The notes: generated by a model from the letters alone, not told the origin. A DNA stretch of 64,000 bases from Octopus bimaculoides (GCF_001194135.2 NC_069005.1:566521-630520); one strand, 5' to 3'; positions 47,901-62,362 are shown, numbered from the stretch's first letter. Numbers and translations: made by a program.

Positions 47901-48984
47901 TGAAATCGCGACCGGTTCACATCGAATGGTTGAGGCTGCACCCGCGTAAAATAAGAATGAAAAGGTTCCATGGTAAAGAAAAAAAAAATAGTTTCGAACC
48001 ACTGGATTAGTCGATTCCATTCCCCTCACCCAAGTACTTCACTCCTACTTTATTTATCGACTTCGAAAGGATGAAAAGTAAAGTTAACTTTTTCTGGATT
48101 TGAAAATAGAAAATAAAGAACGAAAACGCACAACTTTTAATGAGACTCAGGAAAAATGGAAGAGTCTTTGATGGTTCGAGCCTACGTTTCTCTACAAGAA
48201 GGAACGAGGGGAGGCATACATGTATGTATGTATGTAGGTAAGGGTGTGTGTGTTTGTGTGTACGTATAGATAAATGTATATATATATACACACGCGTGTG
48301 TATGTGTATAGAGAGGAAGAGAGAAATAACGGTGCATGGTTGTATTTCCCCATTTTTAAATTTCTTTGTTTGGGGGCGTTAATTCTGGGGAACGAATATA
48401 TCAACCTGGCTGTTCATCTTTCCGAAATTGTTAAAATTAAGGACCTGTTAAGAACCTAACACTTCATCTTTTGGCCAAAGAATAAAATGGCAACAAAAAA
48501 AAAATAGTTGCAGAGTTAGCTCCCTTTTTTAAAAGCCATTTAAAAAATTTTCCAACGTTTTTTTTCTTCTTTTTTGCGTCGTCCCATGATTGTTTTCTTT
48601 GACTCGTTTTGATCATTGGATTGCGACCATGCTGAGTTACAGCCTTGAAGGGTTTCGTCAAACAAATCGAACCTAGTGCTTATGGTACTTGTTCTGTTGG
48701 TCTGTTTTGACGATCCGCTAAGTTAAGGGTTAGGGTTAGGGTCGTTGCCATGACATTTGACCTCCACCCGAGACAGAATGTGCGTGGGAAGTATGTCAAC
48801 TCCCAAGTTGACCCATTCTTCGGGTTTCACATGACTCCATTTAGACTTGTATGTTTACATTGTATAATAAACTATTTCTTATCAAATAAAAGGCGATAAA
48901 TTTATCCGCTCGGCTAAGACCCTCTACCCGGTCAGTCGACCTGCTAGAAATAGCAACCAAATCTCACTTTCAAATCATATCTTA

Positions 48985-49150
48985 CGATGGGGTGCTGGAA
49001 AATCCCTGGATTTCGGTAAAAGAAACTACAAGAGGATCAGTTATGATTTTATTCAACATGATCCCCTCTCAGATTCACACTCTTATTGCAGCAGTCCTTC
49101 AGGTTTTCTAATCTCTGTAAAAGAACTCGGTTGAGCCTCTAGCCAGGCCT
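48985..49150 (+). mobile_element. Mariner-type terminal/leader fragment
   Basis: tacgatggggtgctggaaaatccctgg...attcaacatgatcccctctcagattcacactcttattgcagc resembles a mariner 5' end. Confidence 0.45.
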
Positions 49151-49658
49151 TTCGCCTTTGTTTTTTTCCCTTATTTTTACAAATGACACATTAACCTTTT
49201 TGTTACCTTTTATTGAAATACATTAACCCTGTACTTCTTTTTTGTCATTTTAAAATCAGTAATAATGGCTAGGTCTTTCTTGGGACCCCAATTTTGTGAA
49301 TGAGTCATAGCGGCACCATTGCAACACAGAGTGTCTTGGGGGATGTTTAGACCTGACAAAATCCATTGTTTAGCCCAATGTGGGAGTATCTTTGCAGTCG
49401 CTTGACCTGCTAGAAATAGCAGCCAAATCCTGTCATCTGAAAGGAAGGATACTTCAGAGATAATACAGTCATAATGGTTTGACATGGGCTGCGATGATCA
49501 TAGCTTGGTCATAGCTTGATCATAACTTTGGTCATAGATATTTAAGCTTGATAAGTGTTGACCCGGGAGTTATCTAACAACAATAACCGCAAGAACATCA
49601 CCATCAAAACATCCTCAGATTGTCATGACTTTTGTCTCTGCCCCCCTCCCTCCATCAG

Positions 49659-49703
<45 letters not shown>

Positions 49704-50583
49704 GAGGATCGGCTCAGCTAACAAGAAAGCAATATCATTGTTTCACCCCACCTCAGATAAGTATTTCTATTAAGGAGGATTTGGCCTTCATGTGATAACA
49801 GAGCAGAGCTCGCCTCGTTGAGTGACGTTTTTGTTATGATATTAGGTGAGGGGAGAGGAGGAGGTAAACTGTGGTGAGCAGAAAGACTGGCGAGTTTTGC
49901 AGAAGCTGACGCTACTGAGCATCATGATGATGATGATGATGACGAGAAAGAGGAGGGGGGATGGGAGGACAACTAGCAAGAAGGGGCAGTAGGAGAAGGA
50001 GATGACGTATATAATAGAAACAAATACAGGCTGTGTGATGATATACAGGGATGCACATGTGTGTGTATGTGGTTGTGTGTGTTTATATATATATATATAT
50101 ATATATAAACAAAATAGAACACACATATACAAGGTGTGTGTCGGCTGCTTTTTAGGCAATAAGAGACTATATTCTCAATGTGCCTGGTGTTTAAAAACAC
50201 CTGAAAGTAAGTCATGGGCAAACGAGACAACTCACATCAGAGGTCCCTTCCCAGAGCATGGGACATTCCAGCAGATGGCTTTTAAACCATTTAGCACATA
50301 GCCATTGTTGGTGATATAGCTTGCAGCAAGCCTTGAGCCATATGCAACATTGAAAAGCCATAACCATGACAAGACATTAATGTCTGCTGCTCTGTGTGTG
50401 TGCGTGTTTGCCCAGTAACATCGCTTGGCAACCAATGCTGGTGTGTTTACGTGCCCGTAATCTAGCAGTTTGGCAAAAGAGACCGATAGAATAAGTACAA
50501 AGCCTGGGGTTGATTTGCTTGACTAAAGGTGCTGTTCCAACATGGCCACAGTCAAATGACTGAAACAAGTAAAAGAATAAAAG

Positions 50584-51105
50584 GGATCTTTTTTAAAACG
50601 GGGGCCACATTTTTCATTAACGAAACACTTTGAAACTTGGAACACTGGTAGAATGTGTCATATAAAACATCTTTTTCTCTTAGTCTTTAAAAAAAAAGAA
50701 ATCCCTAAGTTATTCCATGTTAAAGTTGTCGTATTTCTGTAATTTCAACCAATCACTGAAACAATTCTATCGGTGATAGGGTTAGGGTTAGGGTAAAACA
50801 GCAAATTTAAAAAGAAAAAAGCAAATAAAACGAAGAAAAAAAAAAGAAAATGAAAAAAGCAAATAAAACGAAGCTATGGCTTAATCAGCCAAAGGAGTAA
50901 ATATAAACAACTGAATACTTGTCAGTGATTGGTTGAAATTATCGAAATAAGACAATTTTTTACATGAAATAAATTCGAATACAAAAATATTTTTCTGTTC
51001 TATAACACAAAATAGATAAGAATACGAAGTTTGAAAGTCTTTCGGTACCAAAAACACTACGTAAAACATTAATGAAAAATGTGGCCCCCGTTTTAAAAAA
51101 GATCC
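50584..51105. mobile_element. Non-autonomous DNA transposon (MITE), 37-bp perfect TIRs, 8-bp TSD; Merlin-like
   Basis: TIR ggatcttttttaaaacgggggccacatttttcattaa at 50584-50620 and inverted at 51069-51105; aataaaag directly flanks both ends. Confidence 0.85.
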
Positions 51106-54100
51106 AATAAAAGAAATCATATTGTTATATATGGGGAGGGTCATATTTCACCAATTAAACACACACACTGAATATTTGGTCTTCACTTCATACTTATTTT
51201 TGTTTCTTTGTCTTCTCTTGTTCTGCTTATTTCATTTTGTCTTTCTGTCGTATGTATCCTTATCAGTGCATGAATTTGCATGTCGGNNNNNNNNNNTCCA
51301 GAAAAACATGTCTGGCCATAGAGAAATGTTTCCTTGCATGGAAACAGGTGTGGCTTGGCAATAAGAAAAGCTTCCAGCCCCATGGGAAAATCACCTCTGA
51401 TCCATGAAATGTTAAAATAATGATGGTGTATGTGAGTCTACATGTGTGTGTGTGTGTGTACGCACCACTCCCTACACATATTATACCTGTGTGCTTGGAC
51501 ATATGTGAAATGTAAAACTCTGTCATTTGATCCGCCATCCTTGTTTTCCTCTGGTGCATGGTTTCATATATCTGACCATATGTTTAGCCTAACCCCCCAC
51601 ACACACACACACAGCCCATGAGTTGCTTGTTCTTTCGTCCTTCCTACCAAGAGATTGTTCAATTTTTGAGCAACAGATATAACGTAGGTTGTTGTTGGTG
51701 TTGGTGTTGTTGTTACACTGTTTGCGATGTAGAGTTAAGAAGTCGGAAGAGAGACGGAGGGAAGTGAATCATTAGCTTTTTACAAATAAACTCTCCTCCA
51801 TTTATGTAAAAACTAATCTTTCTCTCATTTATACTTATCCTTCCAAACATGTACACACACACACACACATCTACTATGCAGTAAGACACCTCTCTGTCCC
51901 TCTAATCCTTTCATTTCTCAACCAAGCACAAAGCCACACACCCTTAATGCTAACCCCAGCTGAGGGGTCTCTTTGTCTTCAAGGTACTTGGTGACCCTGT
52001 TGGTGCTGGTGCCATGTAAAAAGCACCCTGTACACTCTGTAGAGTGGAGGGGATGACAAATAATTGAAATCTTTGGCGAAATGCTGTGCTTGAGAAGACT
52101 TTCAAACCAAGGGAAACCATAGTCGTGTGTGTGTGTGTGTGTGTTTTGCTTGCATCTTCCTGGTTGTTGTAAGTGAGTGTCACTGTCATAAAAAAAAACA
52201 GTGAAGGGAAATATTATCTTGCTTTGGAAACAGTTAAGGGTTGGCAGCAGGAACAGCATCCAGCTGTAGAAAATCTTCCTCAACAAATTTCTTCTGACTC
52301 ATGCAACCTACAAAAATAGATATTGAAACAATAACAATGACAATGATGACAGTAAGGATTAGATTGTCGATGAACCTGTCAAATATATTTCATTAATAAT
52401 TGTTCAATTGAGCAAAGACAAGAAGAGTTACATTGACTGAAATATTTATTCATTTACACTTCCCCCCTCTGACTCAGTCTGTTTGTCTACTGCAAGACTG
52501 TGTTATCTTGTTTGTTTTTTATTATTCTTTTTCTTTTTTGCAATTACTAAAGATATTGATATCAAGACAGCCCTCTCCATGGCTGGTTCAGTGACTGGTT
52601 GCTTTAACAATCAACCTATCAGATATACACTTTAGAACATGACACTGAAATCAGATGAGAAATACTGGCCGTGGTGGTGGTGCTGCTGCTGCTGCTGGCG
52701 ATGATGATGATGATGATGATGATGACAATGATGATGATTACAATAATTAGAATGACTTTGATAATTGTAACAGCAATAATTTTACTCTGGTTCCACTTTA
52801 CAAGGCAAAATGCTCCATAAGCACGTACATAAGTAAAGCATTAGACAATGGAGACACACTCTGCCGACCAGATTTAGGCGCAGGGAACCGACACTGTTGT
52901 AAGAGCAAATATTGGGTCCAAGTGATATCCTCTGAATTACAACATGAAACTTGAGTCCCCTTTGGGGGGGGGGGGTTGCTATAGACAGGCTTTAATGGGG
53001 AAGAGGCTACCTTGGACTAGTTTTTTTCTGTGATAATAATGGATTGACCAACAGAGAGCAATTGAAATTTGCTAAACTCAAATTTTATGGGAGTCTATCA
53101 TGCATATATGTGTGTGTGTGTGTGTATGTGAATATATATGTATGTATGCATATATGTGTGTGTGTATGTTATCTCATCATCATCATCACCGTTTAACGTC
53201 CACTTTCCATGCTAGCATGGGTTGCACGGTTTGACTGAGGAATGGTGAGTCAGTATGTAAATTCAAGGTAGCAGAAAAGTGGTTGAAACACAAACCAGAG
53301 GCTGTGATAGAAAATAAGAATTACAGAATTTCATTGTACTTCCCCTCAAAGACTGACCATACTTTTGAAGCAAAGAGCCCGCACATGATTGTAGAGGACA
53401 AAATAAACATTGTGAGATCATAGGTTTTGCAATACCATATATACTGATAACAGGGTCGACCACCACCACCACCACCACCACTACCACCATCACCACCACC
53501 AACACCAACGCTGCCATCATGATCATCATCATCATCATAAATAGGTTAAGTTTGTTTCATTGTGTTAGAAGATTGTGCAAAGTGTAAAGTTTACCTGTAT
53601 CTCTCTCTCTCTCTCTCTCTCTCCCCCTCTCATTTCCTCTTCCAAACCGTCCAAAATCACAATGTTATCAACTCTTACAACAACCAATGTCTCTTCTTAA
53701 TCTCTGCTCAACCCCCACCCCACCCCACACACACACACATATGTAGACACACATGCATCAACACATATATATATACCTACATTCATATATGCATAATTAT
53801 TCAGATACAAACAAACAAAAACACCCTGTTGTTGATGTTGAAATTCCAATGAAGGAGCCTTGGATCTGGGTTAGAAACCGGCTCTTTCTCTACTGGCAAG
53901 AAATCTTGAAATAAAACTGAACAATGACATACATACCTACATACATAAGCATGAACACTTGGTGTAAACAGACGCATGATTGGCGTGGGAGATTCTTCAT
54001 TGAATGGTCTAATAAATACCACCCACAGCATTGAAGCCACAACCGTCAGCCTTGTTAAACAACTGCCTATGACTTACTTTCAGGTGTTTTTAACACCAGG

Positions 54101-57100
54101 CACATTGAGAACATCTTCTCTTATGCCTAAAAAGCAGCTGACACACAATCTAACAACACACACACATACCATGTGTATGTGTATTCGATTTTTCTCATAT
54201 TTCCTCAGCTACTTTTATTCATATTTGAATACACACACATACACACACACACACACACACACATGCACAAACACACACACATGCCTATACACATGTACAG
54301 CTACAAGCATAAAAGCCTTCTTCACAAATGTACATAATGAGTTAATGAATACTTAAACATGTTAATCTAAATTTGATATCTGGTACGAAGTAATTAAATA
54401 CATCCCTTGTTAGTGGCTAATTATTTCTACAAGAATAGAGACATGTACACACAACTAATTGTTACAATCCTGGACTTGGCTTTCAAACGAACACAAATTT
54501 CATGCCACTCTCGCTGGATATTCATTATTAGATCATTAAAATGCTAATTACATTAATTACTTATTGTTGCATCTTACCTAATAATTTTATACACAAGTGT
54601 TACTGTTTACATGTGTGTGGTGGGGGGAGGTGTAAGTGCCATCCTTCTTTCTTTTACAAGGATTCATAGGACCATTGATCAAATCCATATCCTAATTATG
54701 TATGTATATTTGTATATACATACTCATGCACACACCTACATAGATATATATATATATGTGTGTGTGTGTATATATATATGTATACATACACACACACATA
54801 CATATATATATACATATATATGTATGTATGTATATGCATGCATGCACGCACGTGTGTGTGTGTGTGTGCATGCGTGTGTGTGTTGAGGGAAAAGGTTGGG
54901 GGAGCTGTGTTTGTCAGAAGCTTCCTGCCTTGTCTTTGGCCCCGTTTGCTCAGCTGAGCCCTCTGCTTCTTAGATTGCCATTCAAGTGACTCAGCATTGC
55001 AGCAGTAAGGACCTGGTACAGGAGTTCCAGGGTTCTTGAGTAGTGTGGAACCATTTCTTTGCCACTATCGTTGCCAGCTCTGCCCTGACCCAGAGCAGTG
55101 GCACCTGTCAGAGTTCCAGCAATGGGTTAACCAGTGTAGGTGATGACATTCCATCTGAGTACAGGGACACACAGAAATACCCTAGGTTGGTGTCAGGGTG
55201 CTCAGTAAAACTACAGGGTGTGAGGGGCTCATCACTGTTGTCACAGCATCTTTCTGGGAGTGGGGAACACTGATGTAAAAAACTGTAGTTTCAAGTGATT
55301 TCTGGTCATCTCGCTTCAGCTCCTCGTTACTTGGTGTTAATCACGGGAACTCAGAGCGTGGTACTTGTGTGGTTACCACTTTGATCCATTGATGTGCAGA
55401 TGTCTGTTTATGCTGACCTCATTTTCAGACATGTCCAGACCAAACTAGTTAGAAGAGAGCACAATAAGTCATCTCTGCTCCAAACTATGCAAATCTGCAA
55501 TGGGAGCAAAGAGTCAATCAGGGAGGTCATGGATGGAGAGTTAGAAGTGTCATTGACATTAAGGAAGCACAAGGAGATGCAATCATCTGTGAAGATAGAG
55601 CAATCACCGTGTCTGTGTGTGTGTGTGTGTGTGTATGTGCACAGTGCCCTGTTGTGTGATATGGTGGACTCTGAGGAAGGTAGGGGTAGACGAGGAATGG
55701 CTTGTGAAAGGTGTACGGGTCATGCCCAGAAGCTCTGTCATCATGAATACAGTGATGGATTTAGTGTACAGGTAGGCATTCATGGTCCCACATATAAAGC
55801 ACCTGTGTTGGTGCCATGTAAAAAGTACCTGTGACACACAAAAAGCACCCAGCACACTCTCTGGAGTGGTTGGCATCAGGAAAGGCATCCAGCCATTGAA
55901 ACCAAATCAAAACACATGACTGGAAGTTGCTGTCCAACCCATGTCAGTTTGCAAAAAAAAAAAAGATGTTAAATAATAAAGCTTGGCGATAACTATGTGT
56001 GTGTGTGTGTATACACACATATACACACACACACATGTATATTATCATCAGCATCATCATCATTTGATGTCCGTTTTGCATGCAAGCAGGGATTGGATAG
56101 TTTGACAGGAACTGGCCAGCCAGAAGACTGCACCAAACTCTACTGTCTGTGTGTCTGTGTGTGTGTGTAAACTTTTGCCAGAGATTGGAGGAGAGAAAAG
56201 AGATAGAAAGAGAGGAGGAGAAAAAGGTAAGGAAGGAAATAGAAAGATCTTATAATGTGTGACCATCCTTACGGAAGATCGTTGAGTGGAGAGGTTGACT
56301 ACTTTTTAGTAAACAACACACTCACACAGGCACACAGACACACACACAAGCACTCAGAAGTATTGTCTCACATATGTCATAGTGATTTGCAAATCTCTGA
56401 TTCACTAAGACTATTTATGTAATTAGTAGACAAAAACTCCCTGTAGATGTGTTTAAAATCTAAAACAGAAAGCAAGGGAAATAACTCCAATAGCATCAAG
56501 GCATTGAATTTTTTGTAAGGAAAGGCACAAGTGTGGTATATTCTGATGGTGAGTGTTTGGAAATGCCAAAGGTGGTTTAACAAATTCAAAAGTAGGGATT
56601 TTGATCTTTTGGATGGGTACTGGTCAGGAAAACTATTCCCAATAAAAAGAGCAACTGAAGAGGATCCCCATCAAAGTATTGGGGGACTTATCCCAAACGC
56701 TTTGGGATAAGTTTTGGTTCATTGTGCAAGATATCTCAGCAGATTGGGAAAGTGTATAGAGAAGGGAAGTGGGTACCTCATGAACTCTACTCTGAAAATA
56801 AAGTGGTATGTTCTACAAGATAACCCCCCCCCCCAAAAAAAAAAGATAAATTCATTTTAAACCTTACAGTTTAACACTCTAGATAATGCAATTTGTTGGG
56901 AGTGGGAGGGCAAGGCTGGAACGAATTGGATTAAGGGCCTGCATGATTAGGATTCCCTTGGAGCAAAACCACAAGAAAAATCAGGACTAGCCAACAAGGG
57001 ACCCTCCATTGCAGTTGATTGATTGGCAAGACATAGCAGTCGAAACTCAGGTTAAAATGCATTCTGCTTAAAGAAAAATAAAGTCACATTTGCATAATGT

Positions 57101-57469
57101 ATTCGCAGAGAGATTGTCTGAAAAGCTGGAAAAAAATGGAAAAAAGACTGGTTGGTCACGTCGGAATGTCTTTGGTCATAAGTCTGCTTAGAGTTTGCTT
57201 GGCACGAGAAAAATTGGCAGCTTCATGGGACAGTGGAGAAAAAAAAACTATTGTAAAAGTGAAAGAGGACTGGGATGTATTTATTAGTATTATTGGTAGC
57301 AAATTTAATTTGGTCCTTACTGGGTATTGAGCCCAAAACCGCCGCCACCCTGGGTCCACAACAATCTTCATGCCGTTGGCTTCATTATAATAATTCCTCA
57401 AATCCATTCATTCAATCGATCCAACAAAAAAGAAAAAAAAAATTTCTGACTCCAACAAAAATCAATCAT

Positions 57470-57630
57470 ACAACGACACCACCACCACCACTACTACTAC
57501 TAGTAGTGCAGCTACAACCACCACTACTACTACTACTACTGTAGCTGCTGCTACTACAATGACAACCACCACCGCTACTACTATTACAGCTATCACCGCC
57601 GCCTCCACCACCACCATGACTACCCTATTG
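57470..57630. repeat. Compound trinucleotide low-complexity tract (ACC/ACT/GCT)
   Basis: Direct reading. Confidence 0.85.
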
Positions 57631-57790
57631 CCCGCTAAACACTGACCTGTCATCTTATCTAATAAAACATCTGATAAAACACTGCCAAACCTCGTCGAAG
57701 GAATAACGTTTCATGTAAGTATATCAGAGAGAGAGAGTGTGTGTCCATGCCATATTACATATGTAGTTATATATTTGTATACCTACAGCT

Positions 57791-57792
<2 letters not shown>

Positions 57793-57857
<65 letters not shown>
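57793..57857. repeat. (TA)n microsatellite, about 32 units
   Basis: Direct reading. Confidence 0.95.
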
Positions 57858-57861
<4 letters not shown>

Positions 57862-59459
57862 CACAATGCTGTCTATGCTAAGTGGTTGTGTGTTGGTAGT
57901 CTTGTATAGCAATAATTAATTAATTACAAATATTTTACATGAAAATATAAATCCCAAACAAGAAAATATAATCATGAGCGAAGAAAGAAGAAAAAAAAAA
58001 AGCCCAAAGAAACCTCAATTCAAAAGTAATTGCATGAATCGGTGTCGTTGCACCATAAAGGGTGAAACAACTTATTGAAGCAAGTGGGGAACCGTTTGCG
58101 GCAATTAGCGCGGGCGATGGCGAGACTAAGACGGTGGTAACAGCCAAGTGCGGCAAGTTTCCATTTATGTCACGTTTGCCTGTCTTATCTTTTCTAAAAC
58201 TAATTCCTAGAGTTTTAAAGAATCTGGTCTCAGTCTGGAGAGAATTCAGTAATAAAACACCAAACATAAAGTTAATTGATTTGTCGTGAATATTGGAAAC
58301 ATCTCGAGTTTCGGTGAAAGACTTTCGCCTACGTTTGCTTTCAGTTTCTTAAACAAAGCTTGCTCGTGGTTTTAAAATTATCTTTCTATCCAAATAGAAT
58401 GTCTGTGTGGTGGATGTATGTATGTGCATATATCTATATAGAAGTTTGTATTTATCCAAATAGAACTGTTGTGGTGTGTAAGTCTATGTAGAAGTCCACA
58501 TCTATCCACACAGCTGTTTTCGTATGCATGAACACTTGCATATATATGTTTAATCTGTCTAATCTCTATGGATATATAGTATTTCTGTATATTTATAATG
58601 TGTTCGATATTCATCCATAACGTGGTGTTCCTTTCCTGACTAAAAAACTGGTGAATATCGAAGAGAGAAACCAGGAAATAAAAGAGGAACATGTGTTCGG
58701 AGGGAAATAACTGTTTTGCTCAGCTGTAATTTCCTTCTTATTAAATATATTTTCCTCATAAACATACAGAGGACCTCTATCATTTCCACCACCAAACCCA
58801 TAATCGATATCTCCACCACTGCCATCATCGATCACTCTAATCAATAAACACTATCATCGCTATCGTCAATACCAATCAGTACCACTAGCACTGCTATCAT
58901 CGATACCAATCGATACCGTGGGAACAATAACAACCCCCCAAAATCATCTCAAAACATCAATAAAATTTAAAGCGGTCAGGTCACCAATTATCTCTACTCC
59001 ATAATCATTGCTTTCACGTTTTTTTCTTTTTCTTAAGGTGGATCTCTTCTCCTTCTGATATCTATCTACACACACTCACATACACATAAACACACATACA
59101 TATTCCCATAAATGTAAAGTAAAAGGCCCATCCTTTGTTGTTTCTTTTTTTTATTTTATTAATATTTATATCAATTAAAACCCACAAACGAACACACACA
59201 CACCACATCCATCTCCATTCTCCTATCAACACACTTGAATCAGTGGGTGTCACTCTATCTTTATTTTTATATATTATCTATAAACGTTTATTATATTTTC
59301 AATATTTGAATCGCTTTGCGAAAGACTGGTGAGTTATTGTTATTTCAACTATCTTATCAAATTTGTATAATTTTATTGTTTCTATGCCTTAAATATTTAC
59401 CATTTCACACACTCTTCTCCTCTCTCACGTTGGAGCCACCAAGGAGGCAGTCGGGAGCC

Positions 59460-59680
59460 GCCTCCACTTTCAGATCGTTCGACCTGCTAAAAATAGCAGT
59501 AGAATAGACAAACCTCCCTTAAAATCGCAGCCGAAAACAAAGAAGATACGTTGGATAATATCGTCTTTGGCTGTCCATCTACAAAAGAGGGAAAATACTA
59601 AATGATTGTCGAGGGAATGTCTTTGATTATAAGCCTGCTTGGGTAGAGCTGACCTGGGGTTAAACAACAACCTAACATCT
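59460..59680 (+). mobile_element. Interspersed repeat family D (cgacctgctagaaatagcagccaaatc...gctgacctggggttaaacaacaac)
   Basis: Further copies or fragments at about 27600-27660, 48930-48970, 49400-49440, 57160-57200 and 61295-61480, and antisense at 15140-15190, 36200-36330 and 43540-43580. Confidence 0.6.
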
Positions 59681-60242
59681 GTCACATACATGCATATATG
59701 TATATATATATATACACACACATAGTATATATATAATACTATGGTATATGCACATTAAGTAAGCTATACAGAATGCTGTATAATAAATTCAATCGCAGCA
59801 TTCTGACTGTGACACAACTTGTCCTTAAATATTCTTATTTCCTCTGCAATTGCTATGCTTTATAGAATTCCATGTCGTTGCCTCTTCCATTCTTTTTACC
59901 AAATCTATTAGAATCTGCAGCTGTTCTGCCTGGAACCAACAGAAAGCCGGCATTTTCGTCTTTTCTGTCTTTTCTCGACCAAGTTGAATGTTTGGTTTGT
60001 AAATTTATTATATTTTCACGACGGATGGCAATTGGAAGATTAAACCAAGAAATGTTATTTATATATGGCTCGCTGCACGATTTCCATAGCTTCAATGCAG
60101 TAATATATATATATACATTCAGTGTTTATATAATAATTAGTCACATAAATATATACACACATGCATGTGTATATACCTGTGTGTGTGTGTCATATATATA
60201 AATATACGTACACCTACACACCTACATGCACGTGCAAAGTGA

Positions 60243-60292
<50 letters not shown>

Positions 60293-62362
60293 ATGTATAT
60301 TTGTGTGCATTGAATAGGCAGTATATATTTTATGTATGTATACGCTATTAAAACCCAAGACTGACAAATTTTGTTCAGAGGTGTTCGCTTCTCGCCATTA
60401 GAAGTTGCTTTTGTCATCATAGTCATATTTGAAGTTTTATTATAGTTTTGGCAGGGTGGTGGTGGTAGTTGTTATTATTGCTAAGGCGGTAGATTTGGTG
60501 CGTCGGACAAAATGCCTTGTGGTGTTGTCGTTTCGTAACAGTTCCTTTACGTTCAAAGTTCAAAACGTCGCCTTTCATCGTTCCGGAGTCCGACTCCTTC
60601 CCTTCCAGAAATTCCAGGCCTTGTCTTTAAATCAGAAATACCATTTATGTGCTGAATTTAGCGGAAAAGAATGGATTTAGAAGGAAATCGTGCCATTATT
60701 TCGATTGTCATTGAAGAGGCAATAATGCTTATTAATAGTAATTCATTTATAAACTCGTCTACCAAGTATTCTACTTTTCTCCTGCCAAGAAAATTAAAGA
60801 TTTATCCTAGATTTTGTATTATTTATAATTATAACTGAAAAGAATTATGCGTGTATGTGAACCTGTGTGGTGCGTTGCGTATGTCCATGTGTTAGTGTGT
60901 CTATGGTGGTTGTATGAATTTTGACCCTCTCAGTTGAATCTGAAACTCTGGTGAGTAACGATTTGGTCAGCGAGATTTCCGCATTCACTCAGCCATTTTA
61001 ATTAGACCAATTGTGATCTGAATGTTGAATTTATTTATTTTTCAAGTTGTCATTATGAAAGTTAGTCTGACAGTCTGCAATGTAGGTTCGAAACCCCAAA
61101 CCGTTTCACTTATCGTCGTCGACAACCTACCCTAAGAAAGGCATAGATGATGCTACACAGTTTTATTATTTCTTTCCCTCCACGTTCTGGTTAAATAATC
61201 TATCTATCTACATTAGTTGTAAACCATTTCACTTCACATTTATCGATTATAGGAGCCAACGTACGAGCTTCTATTGTTGCCTCTCTCGAGTCTTCTTGCT
61301 AGAAAAATAGCAGCCAAATCTCAATTATGTCAGACACATTTTGCTAACTTATGAAAAAGGATGGACACGTCGGTTAATGCAGTCCTTCAAACACTTATTC
61401 AAAAATTAAACAGGATTGTCATTGTTTGAATATGTTTAGTCATAGGTCAGCCCGATCAAGGCCGATTTCAAGCTGAACAACCACAATAACTTTGATCAAT
61501 AATTGATATTGTAAATCTCTTTCACTCCGCCCTAAAATGTCTGACTTTGCCATTTGTAAAAACTTTTATTTTTTAAAAAAAGAAATCTAAATTTGACTTC
61601 CGACTCGGTTTCCTTTGCTGTTTCAGAACAACCTTCAGTCGCTAAAATAATTAGAAAAAAAGTATGAACACCACAACTTTATACTTTGTCTCTTCTATAA
61701 ATAATTGTCAGTTGTTTTCTTTATCATGATTACTTCCAGCGGTCTTGGGTTCGATTCTCACAGTCCATATAGTTTTTTGTTTTACTGTAACCCGCCCTTC
61801 TCTTAAACACAATGTTTTATTAGAATCTTTTTCTTTATTTTCTGATTGTGGTATTAAATGTAATGTAAAATTTACATAAATGATTTCTTGCTAAGACAAT
61901 GTTACTTCGAATTTCGATAAAAGCTGAGCTTTTGTGACGCTTTTTGCCTTTTTTTAAAATCATTGTGTGAACAAAGTTATTCAGTTTCAACGAAGAGACG
62001 AAACCAGTTGGTAAAACGAACGTAAGGAGGTACATTAATCTTTCACAAGAATTCTCGAGACTGTCAGAAAGAATGATTGTTAAATAGCTTCCTCTTTTGA
62101 GTTTGTGTGTACTGACGGCTTGTCTTGAATATCATTCGGTTAATGTAGTCAAGTAGATCCGGGGGCAAACCGAGGAGGGGGTCTCGCTAGGGTCTTTCAC
62201 TACCAGTCATACAATCTGCATAATCCTATATATTTACTTATTTCAACTATGCTATAGTTTTCCCAAGATCTATGCTGTGTGTGTACAAACATACACCCAC
62301 ACACAAATATATACATAAACGCACGCACACACATATATATATACGCACGCACACACAGACAC

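Noticed and set aside
54611-54989. Numerous YIYI/CVCV/HTHT ORFs across the window
   Set aside because: Translations of dinucleotide microsatellites
58079-58108. KWGTVCG, resembling the SRCR domain motif
   Set aside because: Flanked by stop codons on both sides and no other SRCR cysteines
59853-60095. Minus ORF containing RK...SNRFGKK, resembling an RFamide neuropeptide cleavage/amidation site
   Set aside because: Single occurrence, no signal peptide or good acceptor; such a 5-mer is plausible by chance in 64 kb of six-frame translation
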